64,000 bases of DNA from an uncultured Acidimicrobiales bacterium (GTDB lineage Bacteria; Actinomycetota; Acidimicrobiia; Acidimicrobiales; SHLQ01), in the NCBI GenBank assembly GCA_938038785.1, contig CALHTB010000082.1, forward strand, positions 2,419 to 66,418, read 5' to 3'. Below, piece by piece: positions 1 through 11,505 of the stretch (position 1 is the first letter of the stretch; the number at the start of each line of letters is the position of its first letter). The translations under genes and the position numbers were made by a program. A model generated the notes under the pieces. That model had not been told where the DNA came from. It saw nothing but the letters and a program-made list of their open reading frames with translations, and searched no databases.

Positions 1-1369
1 TTGGGAAGAGGAACGTGGTTCCGTCATCAACGTGGGTGGTGAACGCCGAAACGTCAACACCGTTCGCTGCGTGTGCTTCCTGCGCAATCGCGGTTGCGCT
101 TGGGATAGCTGGGAAGACAACTGCGCCTCCACCAACAACCTCTTGGCACTCAGGCGAAGCCATGTACTTGACCCACTCCCATGCTGCCTCTGGATCTTCA
201 GCCGAAGCGGTGATCGAGTCGGCGAGGCCGTTGAACATCGACGCACGGTTGCCCGATGGGCCGATTGGGGTTGGGGCGTAGCTGACAGGAACCTCGGTGC
301 CGTCACCGGAGAGGGTCGAGATCATCCACGAACCGTTGGTCTGCATTGCTGCACGGCCGGTCTGGAACATCGTGGTTCCACCAAGCTCCTGCACGTCTGC
401 AAGAGGAGTGATGAAGCCAGCTTCGATCCAGTCAGCGAACCACTGGATGGTCTCTGCAAGTGCAGGATCGTCGTAGTTCGCCTCGTCAGCCCATACACCG
501 TCAACAGCGGTCCAACCGTTCGAAGCAGCGAATGCCGAGAAGGTGGTCTGACCGAATGCGCCGAAGTTACCTTCGAGGCCGAATCCGTAGACAGCGCCCT
601 CGTCGCCCATGGTCGAAGCGTCGAATCCCTCTTCGTTTCCACGAACGCCGTTTGCGTCAACGGTCATTGCCTGAACAACTTCACCGAAGGTGCCGCCGTC
701 TTGTGGGTTCCAGGTAAGTGCGGAGACGTCTGGATCGCCTGCTGCAGCCTTCATGTCATCGTTGATGACAACTGCGATGGTGTCCCAATCCTTTGGAAGG
801 CCGAAGCGCTCGCCGTCTGGAGAGGTCCAGAGCTCTGCGAGACCGGGGAAGTACTGACCGGTGTCAACGCCGTCTGCCTCAACAAAGCTGTTGAGCGGGA
901 TGAGCACGCCGGACTCGACGAACTCTGGGTAACGGGCGAGGTGATCGGTGAACACGTCAGGTGCGGTACGGGTAGCGAACGCAGCGGTAAGGCCGTCCCA
1001 GTAGTCACCCCAACCGAACTGGCTTACAGCAACTTCGATGCCAGGGTTTGCCTGGGTGAAGTCAGCTGCACACTGCTCGTAGAAGGGCTGCTGGTTTCCG
1101 TCCCAAAGCCAGTAGTCGATAAGCACAGCGTCTCCTGCAGGCTCATCGTCTTCCATGGCTTCGTCGTCTTCCATGGCCTCGTCGTCTTCCATGGCTTCGT
1201 CGGAGCTATCGTCTTCCATAGCCTCGTCGTCTTCCATGGCTTCGTCGTCAGCAGCGGCATCACTGCTGGCGTCGGAGCTGGTCTCTGCAGGAGCGTCACT
1301 ACCGCACGCTGCGGCCACAAGACCGAACGCCAGGAGTAACGCAAGCAAACTGCGCCAATTCTTCATCAT
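1..1369 (-). CDS. ABC transporter extracellular sugar-binding lipoprotein (family 1 SBP); C-terminus lies beyond the window start
   Basis: My own minus-strand translation from the ATG at 1369. It is absent from the ORF track because there is no stop in the window. MMKNWRSLLALLLAFGLVAAACGSD gives a signal peptide plus lipobox Cys. An acidic (EAMEDD)n linker follows, then an SBP-like body (LIDYWLWDGNQQPFYEQ, GLPKDWDTIAVVIN, MQTNGSWM). GGAGGGG Shine-Dalgarno at 1373-1379. The 435-aa + ORF 32..1339 is its antisense shadow. Confidence 0.8.
   Translation of the reverse strand, partial: MMKNWRSLLALLLAFGLVAAACGSDAPAETSSDASSDAAADDEAMEDDEAMEDDSSDEAMEDDEAMEDDEAMEDDEPAGDAVLIDYWLWDGNQQPFYEQCAADFTQANPGIEVAVSQFGWGDYWDGLTAAFATRTAPDVFTDHLARYPEFVESGVLIPLNSFVEADGVDTGQYFPGLAELWTSPDGERFGLPKDWDTIAVVINDDMKAAAGDPDVSALTWNPQDGGTFGEVVQAMTVDANGVRGNEEGFDASTMGDEGAVYGFGLEGNFGAFGQTTFSAFAASNGWTAVDGVWADEANYDDPALAETIQWFADWIEAGFITPLADVQELGGTTMFQTGRAAMQTNGSWMISTLSGDGTEVPVSYAPTPIGPSGNRASMFNGLADSITASAEDPEAAWEWVKYMASPECQEVVGGGAVVFPAIPSATAIAQEAHAANGVDVSAFTTHVDDGTTFLFP
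1147..1245 (-). repeat. 18-bp in-frame tandem repeat (5 units, one 9-bp interruption) encoding the (EAMEDD)n linker
   Basis: Units cgtcttccatggc[t/c]tcgt at 1147, 1165, 1183, 1210 and 1228. Read directly from the sequence. Confidence 0.9.
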
Positions 1370-1509
1370 GTTCCCCTCCGAGGAGATTGTCTGCCCGCGA
1401 GGGATTTCGCGGCTGTACAGATCTAGCCATAGTAGGCAACATCGCTGAGCAAAAGTGGTCGGGCACAGGTGTTTTTCGTGTGCGATTCGCAACGATTTGG
1501 CCGTAGAAA

Positions 1510-2385
1510 TTGCCTATTCGAACAAAACAGGGTAGAACTCGATACTTAATGGTTGATAAACGCCCAAATAGTGGTTCCGGCGTTCGATTGCTAGCTGCGC
1601 GACGACATGAACTAATTCTTCGAGAAGTTGAACGCCACGGCGGAGTGCGAGTCCGCGAGCTTGTGGAAGTACTCAGCGTGTCGCCCATGACCATCCGTCG
1701 AGACATCGACACCCTGGCCGAAGCAGGCCAATTGGTACGAGTACACGGCGGCGCAGCAGCAGCTCCCGACGCACGCGATACCGCAAGCGCCGACGAACCA
1801 GGCTTTGCCGCGAAAGCGCGCCGACAGTACGGCGAGAAGACCGCCATTGCCGAAGTGGCTTCGCGCTCGATTAAGCCTGGGTCCGCGATTGGCATCACCG
1901 CCGGAACAACGACCGCCCTGCTAGCGAGCGAACTCAATGTCGAAGACCTCCTCGTCGTCACCAACTCGATGGCGGTCGCCGAGGTGCTCCACCAATCTCG
2001 CCGCAGCGACCTCACCATCTTGGTCACCGGAGGCACACCGACACCTTCGAGGGCCCTCGTTGGGCCCATGGCCGAAGAGACGCTCTCGTCGCTTCACCTC
2101 GACCAGCTGTTCATGGGGGTGCACGGAATGACCGAATCCACCGGTTTCACGTCGCCGAACCTGCTTGAAGCCCAGACACTGCGCAGCTTCGTGTCGGCAA
2201 GCGAGTCGGTCGTGGTCCTGGCGGACCACACTAAGTGGGGCACGGTAGGACTCTCGACAATCGCCCCGATCTCAACTGCCGACGTGGTGATTACCGACGC
2301 GGGGATCCCAAGCGATGGTCTGGCTGTGCTCCAGGCAGAAGTTCGCGATGTCGTTGTGGCGGGTCAGCCGGCCGAGGCTTCGTAG
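1510..2385 (+). CDS. DeoR-family transcriptional regulator
   Basis: DeoR-type HTH (RHELILREVERHGGVRVRELVEVLSVSPMTIRRDIDTLAEAGQLVRVHGGA) plus a C-terminal effector domain. The track start is a TTG at 1510. The ATG at 1549 (MVDKR) is probably the real start. Confidence 0.85.
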   Translation: MPIRTKQGRTRYLMVDKRPNSGSGVRLLAARRHELILREVERHGGVRVRELVEVLSVSPMTIRRDIDTLAEAGQLVRVHGGAAAAPDARDTASADEPGFAAKARRQYGEKTAIAEVASRSIKPGSAIGITAGTTTALLASELNVEDLLVVTNSMAVAEVLHQSRRSDLTILVTGGTPTPSRALVGPMAEETLSSLHLDQLFMGVHGMTESTGFTSPNLLEAQTLRSFVSASESVVVLADHTKWGTVGLSTIAPISTADVVITDAGIPSDGLAVLQAEVRDVVVAGQPAEAS

Positions 2386-2388
2386 CTG

Positions 2389-3408
2389 TTACTTGATGCC
2401 GCTGAACTGAATACTGTCGACGAGACGCTTGCCGAAGATCATAAAGATGATGATCACCGGGAGTGCGGCGAGCAGCGTGCCCGACATCAGACCAGACCAG
2501 TCGGGCTGGGTGCCCGGCTGCTGCGTGGTGAACACACCGAGAGCAACGGTAAGCGGCTGCTTGGCTTTGTCCTGCTGGGTAACGACAAGGGGCCACAAGA
2601 ACTCGTTCCAGGCCGTGATGTAGGTGAGGATGCCGAGCGTGATCATCTGCGGGCGAGCGATTGGGAGAATCACCGACCGGAAGATGCGGAAGTGACTGGC
2701 GCCGTCGATCAGGGCGGCTTCTTCGAGTGATCGGTTGATGCCGAGGAAGAACTGGCGCAAGAAGAACACCGAGAACGGAGTCATCAGCAAGAACGGCGCA
2801 ATGACGCCCGCCAGTGTTCCGAGAAGGAACGTTCTGCTGTCGGAGTCATACCCAGGTATCCAGTCGAGCCAGGTATGCCCGTTGATATCGAAGAACCAGA
2901 AGTCGCCGAGGATCAGCAGCAGGTTCGGTATGAGCACGAAGATCGGAGGGATCATCATTCCGGTGAGATACAGGAAGAAGATCTTGTCGCGGCCGGCGAA
3001 ACGCAGGCGAGAGAACGCATAGGCGGCAAGTGCGCTGAAGGTCGTCTGACCAACGGCGATCACCGAGGCAATAATGACGCTGTTCTTCAACGCAGTGAGG
3101 TAATCGAACGAGGCGGAGTTTGCCCGACCGGTTGCTTCAAGGATCTCTGCCTCAGTGGCCCGATTGAGGACTCGACGAAAGTTCACCGTCGACGGTTCGT
3201 CGGGAAGAATTCGCTCGACGACGCCCTTGCCCTGGTTGCCCTCGAACAACGACGCGTTCGAGACGAGACCGGTGCGAAGCGTCCAATAGAACGGGAAGAT
3301 CGTCACGACGATGAGTAACGCAAGGAACAGCCACGCGGTTCCACGGCCCATACGAGCCTTGATGCTGGTCGTTGCGCCGCCAGCCATACCTTCAAGTGCG
3401 CTGCTCAT
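2389..3408 (-). CDS. ABC sugar transporter permease (MalG-like)
   Basis: Polytopic membrane protein with EAA loop SLEEAALIDGASHFRIFRSVILPIARP. ATGA stop/start overlap with the upstream permease at 3405-3408. Confidence 0.9.
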   Translation of the reverse strand: MSSALEGMAGGATTSIKARMGRGTAWLFLALLIVVTIFPFYWTLRTGLVSNASLFEGNQGKGVVERILPDEPSTVNFRRVLNRATEAEILEATGRANSASFDYLTALKNSVIIASVIAVGQTTFSALAAYAFSRLRFAGRDKIFFLYLTGMMIPPIFVLIPNLLLILGDFWFFDINGHTWLDWIPGYDSDSRTFLLGTLAGVIAPFLLMTPFSVFFLRQFFLGINRSLEEAALIDGASHFRIFRSVILPIARPQMITLGILTYITAWNEFLWPLVVTQQDKAKQPLTVALGVFTTQQPGTQPDWSGLMSGTLLAALPVIIIFMIFGKRLVDSIQFSGIK

Positions 3409-4388
3409 GCCAGATCACTTTCGTTCGCCCGAAGGAGTTTGAGTTGGAAGAAGGTGATGACCATCAACGTAAGCAGAAGCACCACCGCTATTGCCGATGA
3501 ACGGCCAGCCTCGTTACGCACAAACGCAAGCTCGTAGATGTAGACGTAGATAACACGGCTGGCATCGCCCGGGCCGCCCGGTCGGCCGCCGAAGCCGCCG
3601 GTCGCAACCTGCACGGTATCGAACACCTGGAACGAGCCGATCATCGTGATGACCAACACCAGTGCCAGAACGGGGCGTAGAAGCGGGATGGTAATGCGCT
3701 TCATCATTTGCCATTCGCTAGCGCCATCGAGAGCACCGGCCTCGTAGAGGCTCTTCGGAATTGTTTGCAGGCCAGCGAAGATCAGCAGCGCGGTGTAACC
3801 CATATGCCGCCACGTGTTGATGCCCGCAATGGTTGGAATCACCGCTCGGGGACCAGCGAAATAGTTGGAGTCAATGCCAAAGACCGAGAAGAGGTCAGCA
3901 ATGATGCCCAAGTTTGAGTTGAGCAGCCAGACGAAGATCAGCGCCACCACAACATTGGGGATCAAGTAGGGCAACATGATGATCGAACGAATGACCGACG
4001 ACTTCGTGAGTCGATCCATCGCCACGGCGATCAGAATGGCAAAGGCGGTCTGAGACAAGATGTTAAGGAAGACGTACCACGCCGTCACCCGCACCGCATT
4101 CCAGAAGAGCGGATCGTCAACGAGGCGTTCGTAGTTGGCGCCACCAACCCATTCACCCCGGTTTGCGAGCAGATTCCAGTCGGTGAAGCTGAGGTAGATA
4201 CCGCGCATGGTCGGGATGAAGAAGAAGATGAGGAAGCCAATAAAGCTCGGTAGCAAGAACGGCCACGCCGCCTTCCACCCTCCGTACAAATTTAACTTCG
4301 CACCCTTAGGTGCATCGACAGTTGGTGCTGCCACGTATGTCCCTCCCCATGTGTCAGCGTGGTCGATCCTGTGCGAATCATCACGCAA
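3405..4388 (-). CDS. ABC sugar transporter permease (MalF-like)
   Basis: Polytopic membrane protein with EAA loop SLYEAGALDGASEWQMMKRITIPLLRP. The exact start is uncertain. Confidence 0.85.
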   Translation of the reverse strand: MRDDSHRIDHADTWGGTYVAAPTVDAPKGAKLNLYGGWKAAWPFLLPSFIGFLIFFFIPTMRGIYLSFTDWNLLANRGEWVGGANYERLVDDPLFWNAVRVTAWYVFLNILSQTAFAILIAVAMDRLTKSSVIRSIIMLPYLIPNVVVALIFVWLLNSNLGIIADLFSVFGIDSNYFAGPRAVIPTIAGINTWRHMGYTALLIFAGLQTIPKSLYEAGALDGASEWQMMKRITIPLLRPVLALVLVITMIGSFQVFDTVQVATGGFGGRPGGPGDASRVIYVYIYELAFVRNEAGRSSAIAVVLLLTLMVITFFQLKLLRANESDLA

Positions 4389-4491
4389 ACCCGAACACTG
4401 ACTCTTCCAGATCAGAAACGCCCATGTCGAACCGCGGCGTCAAATTCTCGACGCTCTCGTCGACACCAACAAAAATTGACATGTTCGATCG

Positions 4492-5847
4492 TTAGCCGTT
4501 GAACGAAGGAATCATGTCGCCGTGGGCGGCGAATAGGTCGTCGACCATCTGCCAGATTTGTGCGAGGTCGAGCTCGGCGCTTGTATGCGGGTCGAGCATC
4601 GCGGCGTGGTACACGTGCTCCTTGTTGCCAGTAAGTGATGCTTCGACAGTCAGCTCTTGGACGTTGATATTGGTTTGCATCAGCGCTGCCAGTTGTGGCG
4701 GGAGCTTGCCGATCTTGGTCGGCTGAATACCGTTCTCATCGACGAGGCACGGCACTTCAACGCAGGCCGATTCAGGCAGGTTGTCGATGAGTGCGTCGTT
4801 GGCCACGTTGCCGTAGATGACCCGCGGCGTTCCGGTTTCGATGCTGTGAATGATGCTGGCTCCGTATTCGACGCTTGGGACCACATCGATGGTGGCGTTG
4901 GGGTCGATGAGCTTGGCCCGCATGTGTTCCCACGCGCCGATCTGCACTTCGCAGCGTCGTGGATACTCATCGATCGGGATGCCGAAGTCGACGAGGAGGT
5001 CTTCGCGGCCCTCCTTGATGAACCACGGCACGTACTCTGCGAAGTGCTCGCTCGATTCGGTTACGAAGTACCCCAATCGGTCCATCATCTCGTAACGCAC
5101 GGCGTCGCTGAGGCCTAGCGTTCCGCCGTCGCTACGCTCGGCGTGGCCCCGGTCGGGAATGTCACCTTTGGCGGCGAACTCGCGCAGCCGGGGGTACAGG
5201 TCGACAATTCCGTCGGGCGTGCGTTGCCCGAACTCGAGGAAGAACGCCATGTGTTTGATGCCCGCTGACCGATATGCCAGCTCGTCCACAGGAACGCCAA
5301 TGTCGCCAGCGAGCTGTTCGGCGGTGCCCTGCACGCTATGGCAGAGGCCAACCGACTGAATCGACGAGGTGCGCTGAATGGCCATCATGTTCATCGCCAT
5401 CGGGTTCACGTATTGCAGGAGCGTGGCGTCGGGGCATCGCTGCTCCATGTTGGCGGCGAGACCTTGCAGCACCGGGATAGTTCGAAGAGCGCGCATGATG
5501 CCGCCAATCCCGAGCGTGTCGGCAATGGTCTGGTCGAGGCCGTATTGCTTGGGGACGTCGAAGTCGATGACCGTTGCTGGTTCGTAGCCACCAACCTGGA
5601 ACATGGTGATGACGTGGTCGGCATCGTCAATCGACTCGTCTTGACTGAGGCTGGTTTCGATCGTGGGGGAGACGCCGAGCGCTTCGGCAACCTTGTGCGC
5701 CACGATCTCGCTCGTGCGCAGACGTTCCTCGTCGATGTCGTGAAGTTTGAGCGTCGAATCTGCAAGTTCTGGGTGCGACAAAATGTCGCCCATAAGGTTC
5801 TTTGCGAAGACGGTGCTGCCCGCCCCAATGAACGAAATAGTGGCCAT
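4492..5847 (-). CDS. melA: GH4 NAD-dependent alpha-galactosidase
   Basis: 451 aa. Colinear with my recollection of E. coli MelA: ISFIGAGSTVFAKN, GLCHSVQGTAEQLA, YFVTESSEHFAEYVPWFIK, NGIQPTKIGKLPPQLAALMQTNINVQ. Confidence 0.88.
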   Translation of the reverse strand: MATISFIGAGSTVFAKNLMGDILSHPELADSTLKLHDIDEERLRTSEIVAHKVAEALGVSPTIETSLSQDESIDDADHVITMFQVGGYEPATVIDFDVPKQYGLDQTIADTLGIGGIMRALRTIPVLQGLAANMEQRCPDATLLQYVNPMAMNMMAIQRTSSIQSVGLCHSVQGTAEQLAGDIGVPVDELAYRSAGIKHMAFFLEFGQRTPDGIVDLYPRLREFAAKGDIPDRGHAERSDGGTLGLSDAVRYEMMDRLGYFVTESSEHFAEYVPWFIKEGREDLLVDFGIPIDEYPRRCEVQIGAWEHMRAKLIDPNATIDVVPSVEYGASIIHSIETGTPRVIYGNVANDALIDNLPESACVEVPCLVDENGIQPTKIGKLPPQLAALMQTNINVQELTVEASLTGNKEHVYHAAMLDPHTSAELDLAQIWQMVDDLFAAHGDMIPSFNG

Positions 5848-5883
5848 GATCCCTCATGCTTTCGTTTTGATTTGTTCGATTTT

Positions 5884-5897
5884 GGTCAAAGTTGACC
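5884..5897. promoter_or_regulatory. Perfect inverted repeat GGTCAA-AG-TTGACC in the melA/galK divergent promoter region (candidate operator)
   Basis: Read directly from the sequence. It lies between the melA start (5847) and the galK ORF start (5902). Confidence 0.4.
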
Positions 5898-5901
5898 GCT
5901 C

Positions 5902-7059
5902 GTGATGAAAGGTTACGAGGTTTTGGGTCATACTGCAGGAATGGAAAATGACGCGGCGAGCGGTCGTACAAAGGTAGTTGCTCGGGCGCCCGGTCGGGTC
6001 AACCTCATTGGCGAGCACACCGACTACAACGATGGCTTTGTGCTTCCAATGGCGCTGCCGTTCGCAACCACGATTTCCTTCGAACGCCGTAACGACGACC
6101 GCGTCGAACTCGACTCGATCGGGTTTGACTCGACAGCGTTTCACCTTGCCGACGACCCAACGACCGTGAAGTCTTGGGCTCGCTATATCGCTGGTGTCGC
6201 CCGCTTTCTGGCCGTCGATGGGCTGCCAGTCGCAGGTTTCTCGGCGCAAATTCAAACCGACATTCCGGTTGGTGCCAGCTTGTCGTCGTCAGCAGCGCTC
6301 GAGGTGGCCACCGGGTTTGGGCTCTGCGCTCTCGCCGGTGTCGAACCCGACCCGGTCTACATCGCAAAAATCGGCCAGCGTGTAGAAAACGAGATCATCG
6401 GCATCCAGAGCGGCATTATGGATCAGCTCATTTCAGCCACTGGCGTCGACGGTTCGGTCGTGCAGATCGATTGCCGTTCACTCGACACATCGCCGGTGCA
6501 GCTACCGTCATCGGCTCGAGTGCTGATCCTCGACACGATGACGCGCCGAGAACTTGCCGACAGCGAATACGACCTTCGTCGTCAGGCATGCGAGCGAGCT
6601 GCTGCGGCAATCGGTGTGGCGAAGTTGCGTGACGCGACGCTCGACGATGTGGCGGCGTTGCCCGAAACAACCGACCTTGACAAGGTTGACAAATGCCGGG
6701 CACACCACGTGGTGACCGAGAATGCCCGAGTCCATGACACCGTGGCCGCGATCAAAGCCGGCAACCTCGAGCTCGTCGGGCAACGCATGAACGAGAGCCA
6801 CGAGAGCTTGTCGGTCGACTACGAAGTTTCATCTCCGGCCCTCGACGAAATGTCTGGAATGGCCCGGGCCGCTGAGGGTTGCTTTGGCGCTCGGATGACC
6901 GGAGGTGGCTTTGCCGGTAGCGCGGTCGCGCTCGTCGATGCAGATCGAGCTGACGCTATCGCTGCGTCGGTTGCCAGCCAGTGGGAAGAGCTCCATGGCG
7001 TAACCCCCGACATTTGGACGGTCGCTCCGTCCGCTGGAGCCTCGGTCCTTCCCAGCTAG
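5902..7059 (+). CDS. galK: Galactokinase
   Basis: Galactokinase signature GRVNLIGEHTDYNDGFVLPMAL and GHMP kinase motif IPVGASLSSSAALEVA. The start may be the ATG at 5941 (MENDAAS). Confidence 0.9.
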   Translation: MMKGYEVLGHTAGMENDAASGRTKVVARAPGRVNLIGEHTDYNDGFVLPMALPFATTISFERRNDDRVELDSIGFDSTAFHLADDPTTVKSWARYIAGVARFLAVDGLPVAGFSAQIQTDIPVGASLSSSAALEVATGFGLCALAGVEPDPVYIAKIGQRVENEIIGIQSGIMDQLISATGVDGSVVQIDCRSLDTSPVQLPSSARVLILDTMTRRELADSEYDLRRQACERAAAAIGVAKLRDATLDDVAALPETTDLDKVDKCRAHHVVTENARVHDTVAAIKAGNLELVGQRMNESHESLSVDYEVSSPALDEMSGMARAAEGCFGARMTGGGFAGSAVALVDADRADAIAASVASQWEELHGVTPDIWTVAPSAGASVLPS

Positions 7060-7079
7060 ACGGCGCCGCTGATGGTTGA

Positions 7080-10031
<2,952 letters not shown>

Positions 10032-10069
10032 ATCGGGTCGTTGCTGGCGAACTCGGTACGTGAGAGAGT

Positions 10070-11470
10070 TTGACCGCTATGAGTTCCACAGATCAGTTCC
10101 TCTCGTTCCCCGACAACTTCACATGGGGCGCAGCGACATCGTCGTTCCAGATCGAAGGCGCCGCTGACCTCGACGGGAAGGGCCCAAGTATCTGGGACGT
10201 GTTCTGTCGGCAAGAGGGAAAGATCAAGGACGGCTCAAACGGCGACATTGCGTGTGATCATGTGCGGCTCTATCGCGAGGACGTGGCGCTGATGTCGAAG
10301 CTCGGCCTCGACGCCTACCGATTCTCGATCTCGTGGCCACGGGTTATGCCCACCGGAACCGGCGCCGTCAACGCACCCGGTCTGGACTTCTACGATCGGC
10401 TGGTCGACGAACTCTTGGGAGCAGGTATTACCCCGATGCCCACGCTCTACCACTGGGACCTGCCTCAAGTTCTAGCCGAACAAGGCGGCTGGCTCTCTCG
10501 CGATATCCCGTATGCCTTCGCCGACTACACCGAGGCCGTGCTCGACCGTTTGGGAGATCGCATCGGCACATGGACGACGCTGAACGAGCCGTACGTCATT
10601 GCCAATCTTGGCTATGTCACCGGCGAGATGGCTCCGGGCCACACCAGTCAGGCTGATGGTCTCACGGCATCTCACCATTTGATGTTGGCCCATGGCTTGG
10701 CGGGGGAGCGCATCCGTTCGCTCGCCCCCGATTCTCGCCTGGCGATCGTTCTCAACTTCACGCCAACCGAACCGGCGACAGATTCCGCAGAGGACCACCA
10801 GGCGGCAGAGGTCATCCACGACACCGACAACCGCTGGTACATCGACCCGATCCACGGCAAGGGTTACCCGGCCGAAACCGCCGAGCACTACGGCTGGGAC
10901 TACAGCGAAGTGCAAGACGGCGACATGGAGCTCATCAGCCAGCCGATCGACCTACTGGGAATCAACTGCTACTTCCGCCAGATCATCGGCGCTGACGGAG
11001 CGGTGCCAAACGGGCCCGATGTCATCCAGAACACCATGGGGTGGGAAGTGCACCCGCCAAGCATTGGGAAACTCCTCCGGTGGATCCACCGCGAGTACAA
11101 CCCGAAGTCGATGATGATCACCGAGAACGGCTGTCCGATGCCCGACGATGTGCGCGGCGACGACGGCCACATCATCGACCACGACCGAATCGCCTACGTC
11201 CGCGACCACCTCCATCAGGTCCACTCCGCAATCGAAGACGGCGTGCCGATGGAGGGCTACTTGGTGTGGTCGTTATTCGACAACTTTGAATGGGCGTGGG
11301 GATATGGCCCAACCTTCGGCATTGTCGAGGTCGACTACGAAACCCAGGAACGTCGCCCCAAGATGAGCGCAGACTGGTACAGCGCCGCAATAAACGCCAA
11401 CGGCTTCTCCCTGCCAGAAACCCCCGTGCAGTACCGCGGCTCAATCGGCCCGAACCTCATGGATCAGTGA
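10070..11470 (+). CDS. GH1 beta-glucosidase
   Basis: FTWGAATSSFQIEGA, TLNEPY (acid/base) and ITENG (nucleophile). TTG start at 10070, or ATG at 10079. Confidence 0.9.
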   Translation: MTAMSSTDQFLSFPDNFTWGAATSSFQIEGAADLDGKGPSIWDVFCRQEGKIKDGSNGDIACDHVRLYREDVALMSKLGLDAYRFSISWPRVMPTGTGAVNAPGLDFYDRLVDELLGAGITPMPTLYHWDLPQVLAEQGGWLSRDIPYAFADYTEAVLDRLGDRIGTWTTLNEPYVIANLGYVTGEMAPGHTSQADGLTASHHLMLAHGLAGERIRSLAPDSRLAIVLNFTPTEPATDSAEDHQAAEVIHDTDNRWYIDPIHGKGYPAETAEHYGWDYSEVQDGDMELISQPIDLLGINCYFRQIIGADGAVPNGPDVIQNTMGWEVHPPSIGKLLRWIHREYNPKSMMITENGCPMPDDVRGDDGHIIDHDRIAYVRDHLHQVHSAIEDGVPMEGYLVWSLFDNFEWAWGYGPTFGIVEVDYETQERRPKMSADWYSAAINANGFSLPETPVQYRGSIGPNLMDQ

Positions 11471-11475
11471 CCTCC

Positions 11476-11488
11476 GGGGTCTGACCCC
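11476..11488. repeat. 13-bp palindrome GGGGTC(T)GACCCC, one of four copies of GGGGTCWGACCCC in this window
   Basis: Lies between the convergent bglB-like and helicase genes. The other copies are at 13763-13774, 13863-13874 and 14027-14038. Confidence 0.7.
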
Positions 11489-11505
11489 AGAGTTCACTGC
11501 TTGCT

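Noticed and set aside
32-1339. 435-aa + strand ORF, the longest ORF in the first kilobase
   Set aside because: It is the antisense shadow of the sugar-binding lipoprotein gene. Its translation is low-complexity and Cys/Val/Gly-rich with no family features, whereas the minus frame gives a clean lipoprotein/SBP sequence.
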